Below, piece after piece: positions 58,963 to 64,000 of a DNA stretch of 64,000 nucleotides. The notes beneath the pieces are model-generated. The model was not told where the DNA came from and did not search any database. It saw only the letters and a program-made list of their open reading frames with translations. How positions within the stretch are numbered: position 1 is the stretch's first letter; each line of letters opens with the position of its first letter. Origin of the DNA: Obrimoposthia wandeli (taxonomy: Eukaryota); contig CDROCS010002834.1 in the NCBI GenBank assembly GCA_977020255.1, positions 186,001 to 250,000 of the forward strand. Direction: 5' to 3'. The position numbers were made by a program, and so were the translations under genes.

Positions 58963-59105
58963 ATCTAGACAAGTCTCTGATTCATCCTTGTCGGTTAACA
59001 TAGTCAAAATAACGTTATTAACTATTTTTCGATGAAAAACCCTGATTTTTTTACTTATCTAGATATGGTCTTATGATTATTGTTATATCTCTTTATTCTT
59101 AATCG

Positions 59106-59921
59106 CTATTTTGATGATCTTTTTGCAAACAAATCTTGTTCTAATGCTCGAGCTGGATACTGAAAAGGAACCGGTCCATCAGCATCACCATCTAAAAACT
59201 GACGCACACGTTCATCTGTATTTGCTCGTAATTCATCAGGCGTACCACTACCAATAATTATACCGCCAGATAATAAATAAACTTTATCGGCAATACTCAT
59301 CACTGCTGGTACATCGTGCGATACGATCACTGAGGTAATATCTAGTGCTTGATTTAAATTACTAATCAATTTAACCAACACCCCCATCGTAATAGGATCT
59401 TGGCCAACAAACGGTTCGTCATACAGCATTAAATCGGGATCAAGTGCAATTGCCCGTGCTAATGCTGCTCTACGTGCCATACCACCTGATAACTCATTTG
59501 GCATAAGATCTGCGGCACCACGAAGCCCTACCGCTTCCAGCTTAAGTAATACTAACGTATCTAATAGGTCTTCCGGTAGATCGGTATGTTCTCTTAATGG
59601 GAATGCCACGTTGTCAAATACAGTCATATCGGTGAATAGCGCACCCGATTGAAACAACATGCTCATACGCTTTCTAACCTGATAAAGCTGTGCACGTTTT
59701 AACTGAGGAACGTTAACTTGATCAAACCATATCTCACCGTGATCAGGAGCAATCTGACCACCAATCAAGCGTAATAATGTCGTTTTACCGATCCCTGAAG
59801 GTCCCATGATCGCCGTCACTTTACCTTTAGGTACGTCTAAGCTGACATCATCAAAAATTTTTCGGGCTCCACGTGAGAACGATAAATTTTTAATTGATAC
59901 TAATGTTTCACTCGATTCCAT
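59106..59921 (-). CDS. mlaF: Mla ABC ATPase
   Basis: GPSGIGKTT, LSGGMARR and LYDEPFVGQDP. Confidence 0.97.
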   Translation of the reverse strand: MESSETLVSIKNLSFSRGARKIFDDVSLDVPKGKVTAIMGPSGIGKTTLLRLIGGQIAPDHGEIWFDQVNVPQLKRAQLYQVRKRMSMLFQSGALFTDMTVFDNVAFPLREHTDLPEDLLDTLVLLKLEAVGLRGAADLMPNELSGGMARRAALARAIALDPDLMLYDEPFVGQDPITMGVLVKLISNLNQALDITSVIVSHDVPAVMSIADKVYLLSGGIIIGSGTPDELRANTDERVRQFLDGDADGPVPFQYPARALEQDLFAKRSSK

Positions 59922-60002
59922 ACCCGCCCTGTTTGGTTATTCCGTCTTCAGCACTTACATGTTTAGACGCATCACTTTGAAAAAGTGTATTTTTTACAAT
60001 CG

Positions 60003-60029
60003 ATTATAAATGATAGGTACTTTATGCAA
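60003..60029 (-). promoter_or_regulatory. Candidate mlaF promoter
   Basis: TTGCAT-15 bp-TATAAT; the spacer is short. Confidence 0.35.
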
Positions 60030-60413
60030 CCAACTCAAGGTGATAGAGGGTAGTTTATTGTCATTTCATCGCTACCCGTCTCATTATGGGAGTTTAGCGA
60101 ACCATAATAATAAAATTACGGCCCCTTCTTGATTGTTATTTAGAGTAAAATATAGACGCCCTACCATTTTGTACGCCGTTTTAATAATGATAGCATGCTT
60201 CGTCTATAATGGCTTACTCAACCCTTTTTAAGGTGGTAACCAGACAATCTATTCGGGTATACAAGAAAAATAGCCATCAGCAACATCAATTAGTCACGAC
60301 TATCGCTTCCCTTTTGCTAAGCTTCCCGTCAAAATTGCCTTAATAATATGTAAAATTCGTTAGTTAACGTTTAAATTAATCGCAAAGCGTATTAAAAAAA
60401 TAAAGGGATAAGA

Positions 60414-61379
60414 ATGCTCGAAGCCATTGTGTTGCTATGTATCGGTTTAGCCTTACTTGTATGGAGTGCAGATCGACTCGTGTTTGGTGCGGCAGCACTA
60501 GCAAAAAACTTCGGTATTGCACCGCTCGTAATCGGCATGACGATTCTTGCCATGGGCTCTTCAGCCCCAGAAATGATGGTGTCTGCAACAGCAGCCCTTG
60601 CCGGTAAAACGGATACCGCAGTCGGTAACGTACTGGGCTCTAATATAGCCAATATCGCCCTTATTATTGGTATTACCGCTTTAATAAAGCCGCTTTCGAT
60701 TAGCTCCATTATTATTCGTCGCGAATTACCCCTTATGCTTGGTGTTACGCTCATCGCTGGTTTCTTACTATGGGATGACTACCTAGGCTTTATGGAAGGT
60801 GTGCTGCTGGTTGTACTTTTCGTCATGTTTTTACTTGTGATGCTTAAAATCAGCCGTAACGCTAAAGACATTGGCGACCCGCTTGCTGAAGAACAAGAAT
60901 CAGAAATCCCAACGGGGGTTAGTAATAAAGCCGCTATTATTTGGGTTGTGGTCGGCATCATTCTACTGCCTTATGCCGCAAGTATGCTGGTTGATTCAGC
61001 CGTCACAATTGCAAAACATTTCGGCATGAGTGATCTTCTTATCGGGCTTACCATTATTGCAATTGGTACCAGTTTGCCTGAACTCGCAGCTTCAATTGCC
61101 AGCATTTTCAAAGGTGAAGATGATATGGCTGTCGGTAATATTATTGGTTCAAACGTATTCAATATACTCGCCGTTATGGGTATTCCAGGCTTAATTAACC
61201 CATCCGTAATTAGCCCTCTTGCGATGGGCCGCGACTTTTACGTTATGTTAGGTTTGTCAGTTTTATTGCTCTTAATGGCACTCGGTAAGCGCCGTCGAAT
61301 TAATCGTGTAGAAGGCGGCATTCTTGTTTGCTGCTTTATGGCTTATCAGTTCCACCTTTTTTATACTATGGCAGCCTAA
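60414..61379 (+). CDS. yrbG: Ca2+/Na+ antiporter family membrane protein
   Basis: Two alpha repeats, GSSAPE...GNVLGSN and GTSLPE...GNIIGSN. Confidence 0.94.
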   Translation: MLEAIVLLCIGLALLVWSADRLVFGAAALAKNFGIAPLVIGMTILAMGSSAPEMMVSATAALAGKTDTAVGNVLGSNIANIALIIGITALIKPLSISSIIIRRELPLMLGVTLIAGFLLWDDYLGFMEGVLLVVLFVMFLLVMLKISRNAKDIGDPLAEEQESEIPTGVSNKAAIIWVVVGIILLPYAASMLVDSAVTIAKHFGMSDLLIGLTIIAIGTSLPELAASIASIFKGEDDMAVGNIIGSNVFNILAVMGIPGLINPSVISPLAMGRDFYVMLGLSVLLLLMALGKRRRINRVEGGILVCCFMAYQFHLFYTMAA

Positions 61380-61391
61380 CGGAGATTCCCC

Positions 61392-62363
61392 ATGTCAGAG
61401 AAGTTTGATTTTTGCGCCCATGGCCGTAAAGTTTTAGAAATTGAAATTGCTGCATTACAGCAGATTTCCCAATACATTAATGGCTGCTTTACTCAGGCTT
61501 GTGAGCTAATTTTAAGTAGTCACGGCAAAGTTATCGTCATGGGGATGGGGAAATCGGGTCATATCGGCAATAAAATAGCCGCAACGCTAGCAAGTACAGG
61601 CACCCCCTCTTTCTTCGTTCACCCTGGTGAAGCCAGCCATGGCGATCTTGGTATGATTGAAAAAGGAGATGTCGTTCTAGCAATCTCAAACTCTGGCGAA
61701 GCTGGTGAAATTTTATCACTACTACCCGTAATAAAACGCCTTGGTATTCCATTGATCAGCGTAACGGGTAAACCAGAATCAAGCATGGCAACGTTCTCGC
61801 AAGTCCATTTGCAGATCACTGTTGCTACAGAAGCTTGTCCGCTGAATCTGGCACCCACATCAAGTACAACGGCAACCTTAGCAATGGGTGACGCTTTGGC
61901 TATCGCACTGATGGAAGCGCGTGGTTTTACTGCTAATGATTTTGCGTTATCACACCCAGGGGGTGCTTTAGGGCGTAAATTGCTGCTACGTATTGCAGAT
62001 GTTATGCATACTGGCGACTTACTTCCTATTATTGATGAAGCCGCCACCATTAAAGACGCCCTACTTGAAGTCTCACGTAAAGGCTTAGGCATGACGGCAG
62101 TAGTCAATAGTGAGCAGCAACTCACTGGCATTTTCACCGATGGTGATTTGCGTCGCTTACTGGATAAGCGTGTAGATATTCATAATACCGCGATTGGTGA
62201 TGTGATGGGACGCAACCCATCAACCATTGAAGCCAATGTGCTAGCAGCAGAAGGCTTAAAGTTGATGGAAGATAACAAGATCAATGGGTTACTTATTACT
62301 GAAAATGGTCAGTTAGTGGGTGCATTAAATATGCATGATTTATTGAAAGCCGGAGTAATGTAA
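61392..62363 (+). CDS. kdsD: Arabinose-5-phosphate isomerase
   Basis: GMGKSGHIG, HPGEASHGDLG, APTSST and two CBS domains. Confidence 0.96.
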   Translation: MSEKFDFCAHGRKVLEIEIAALQQISQYINGCFTQACELILSSHGKVIVMGMGKSGHIGNKIAATLASTGTPSFFVHPGEASHGDLGMIEKGDVVLAISNSGEAGEILSLLPVIKRLGIPLISVTGKPESSMATFSQVHLQITVATEACPLNLAPTSSTTATLAMGDALAIALMEARGFTANDFALSHPGGALGRKLLLRIADVMHTGDLLPIIDEAATIKDALLEVSRKGLGMTAVVNSEQQLTGIFTDGDLRRLLDKRVDIHNTAIGDVMGRNPSTIEANVLAAEGLKLMEDNKINGLLITENGQLVGALNMHDLLKAGVM

Positions 62364-62920
62364 TGACAGATCAAGTCGATACAATTTATGGCCCGGTATG
62401 CTTAACCAACTATCAAAAAGCGAAAAACATTCGTTTATTAATCTGTGATGTTGATGGTGTGTTTTCAGATGGTCGTATTTATATGGGGAATGATGGTGAA
62501 GAATTAAAAACTTTTCATACCCGTGATGGCTATGGCATTAAATCCCTAATGAATGCAGGTATTGAAATTGCGATCATAACAGGTCGTCAATCTGCGATTG
62601 TAGAAAATCGTATGACCGCATTGGGCATCAAACACATCTATCAAGGGCAAGATAATAAAGTTTCGGCTTATAACGATATTATTGCAAACCTCAACATTAA
62701 TGCTGAACATACAGCCTACATTGGCGATGATTTAATTGATTGGCCTGTAATGGAAAAAATTGGCTTATCCGTTTGTGTGGCTGATGGCCACCCACTTCTG
62801 GCTCAGCGTGCTGACTTTGTCACTCGCATTCAAGGCGGTTGTGGTGCAGTACGTGAAGTTTGCGATCTTATTCTTGAAGCTCGAGGGGAATTAGACCAGC
62901 ATAAAGGGCTAAGTATATGA
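62363..62920 (+). CDS. kdsC: KDO 8-phosphate phosphatase
   Basis: HAD motif DVDGV, YIGDDLID and GAVRE. Confidence 0.96.
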   Translation: MTDQVDTIYGPVCLTNYQKAKNIRLLICDVDGVFSDGRIYMGNDGEELKTFHTRDGYGIKSLMNAGIEIAIITGRQSAIVENRMTALGIKHIYQGQDNKVSAYNDIIANLNINAEHTAYIGDDLIDWPVMEKIGLSVCVADGHPLLAQRADFVTRIQGGCGAVREVCDLILEARGELDQHKGLSI

Positions 62921-63480
62921 CATTACAAAGGCTACTCTGTGCACTGCTTATTGTGATTTGTGCATGGTTTGGCTACTACTTGCTTGAAGATCGCTTTAAA
63001 GGTGATGTTCAAGTGGAACCTGATGCTGAAAAACCATTATTTACGGGTAGTATTGTTACCAATACCGCGTTTAATGAATCAGGCATGCGTAGTTACCAAA
63101 TTGATTCTGATTATTTAGAACATTTTAGTGTCAGCGGTGATACCGATTTTGATCAGCCCGTATTATGGGTATATCGTGATGGTGATAATACGGAGTGGCG
63201 AATCAGTTCAAATACCGCCACACTAGATAAAGACCAAGTCCTTCAAATGACGGGTAATGTACGTATATTTAACTTATTACCAGAATCCATCATGAAAGTT
63301 ATGCAAACAGATACTTTACGACTGGATTTAATCACCAAAGATTTTGATACCGCAGATCACGTTGTTATTACTGGCACTGGCTTCCAAAACGAAGGCACGG
63401 GAATGAACGGTAATATGGACCGAAGCGTGGCAACCTTATTGAATAATGTGAAAGGTAGATATGAAGCTTTACAAAATTAG
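62917..63480 (+). CDS. lptC: LPS export protein LptC
   Basis: Single N-terminal TM and beta-rich body, between kdsC and lptA. Confidence 0.9.
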   Translation: MTLQRLLCALLIVICAWFGYYLLEDRFKGDVQVEPDAEKPLFTGSIVTNTAFNESGMRSYQIDSDYLEHFSVSGDTDFDQPVLWVYRDGDNTEWRISSNTATLDKDQVLQMTGNVRIFNLLPESIMKVMQTDTLRLDLITKDFDTADHVVITGTGFQNEGTGMNGNMDRSVATLLNNVKGRYEALQN

Positions 63481-63964
63481 CACTCTGCTGTTTCTGTGTT
63501 TAAGCACACCAAGCTGGGCATTAAGCAACGATACAGAGCAACCCATTTATATCGACTCTGATAACCAAGAATTGGATATCCAAAAAAACATTGTGACCTT
63601 TACAGGTAATGTTATTTTGCGCCAAGGCAGCATCGACATTCGTGCCGATAAAGTCGTGATTACTCGCCCAAATGGTCAGGACGGTCAAGAAACTATCGAT
63701 GCCTATGGTAAGCCCGCGACCTTCCATCAAATCATGGATGATGGTAAACCTATCGATGGTGCGTCGTTAAAAATGCGCTACGAAACAGCTATCGACTTCT
63801 TAAAAATGACAGACGAAGCCATTTTGATTCAAGAAGGCAGCGAGATTCAAGGTAAAGTCATCACCTATAAGATTGATGAACAGAAATTAGTTGCTGAAAG
63901 TGGTAAGAAAAAACGTGTCACTACCATTCTTCAACCTAAAAACCTCAATAATAACAAAAAATAA
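63461..63964 (+). CDS. lptA: LPS transport periplasmic protein LptA
   Basis: Signal peptide, DTEQPIYIDSD, FTGNVILRQG and RVTTILQP. Confidence 0.95.
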   Translation: MKLYKISTLLFLCLSTPSWALSNDTEQPIYIDSDNQELDIQKNIVTFTGNVILRQGSIDIRADKVVITRPNGQDGQETIDAYGKPATFHQIMDDGKPIDGASLKMRYETAIDFLKMTDEAILIQEGSEIQGKVITYKIDEQKLVAESGKKKRVTTILQPKNLNNNKK

Positions 63965-63973
63965 GCGGCGACA

Positions 63974-64000
63974 ATGGCAATACTAAAAGCAGAACACTTA
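63974..64000 (+). CDS. lptB: LptB ABC ATPase, first 9 codons (truncated by the window)
   Basis: MAILKAEHL directly after lptA. Confidence 0.8.

Noticed and set aside
59922-60413. Small ORFs (16 aa at 59959, 40 aa at 60010), short inverted repeats and a Fur-like stretch in the 490-bp mlaF-yrbG spacer
   Set aside because: There are no SD sequences or motifs, the Fur match is only about 11/19, and the stems are short with large loops. This fits ordinary divergent promoter DNA.

Overview
This is core chromosomal DNA from a gamma-proteobacterium, most likely Vibrionaceae (probably Photobacterium, judged from gene order and remembered protein similarity, not from a search). In order, the window holds: the N-terminal part of a secreted patatin-like phospholipase (missing from the ORF track because it runs off the left edge) divergent from a chemoreceptor; pdhR-aceE-aceF-lpdA; ampD; nadC; pilABCD-coaE-zapD-yacG; mutT; secA; dciA; the dcw cluster (rsmH to lpxC, without intact mraZ or ddlB); RNase P RNA; rsmI; lpoA-yraN-diaA-dolP; petABC-sspAB; rplM-rpsI; zapE; zapG-degQ-degS; mlaFEDCB-ibaG-murA; and yrbG-kdsD-kdsC-lptC-lptA plus the start of lptB. 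I found no IS, prophage, integron, CRISPR array, tRNA or rRNA, and no cluster of unknown genes, so I cannot support a new multi-gene system here. The best leads are small and mostly non-coding: (1) a possible decayed mraZ behind an intact Pmra-like promoter; (2) a symmetric element between ampD and nadC that is either a structured leader RNA or a mirror-image divergent promoter; (3) a second PdhR operator with a distal promoter; (4) a pilin tail built from microrepeats after the D-loop; (5) a heptamer tandem repeat that supplies the degS stop codon; (6) internal promoters that appear to split the mla, dcw and pil operons. All promoter, operator and hairpin calls were made by eye.
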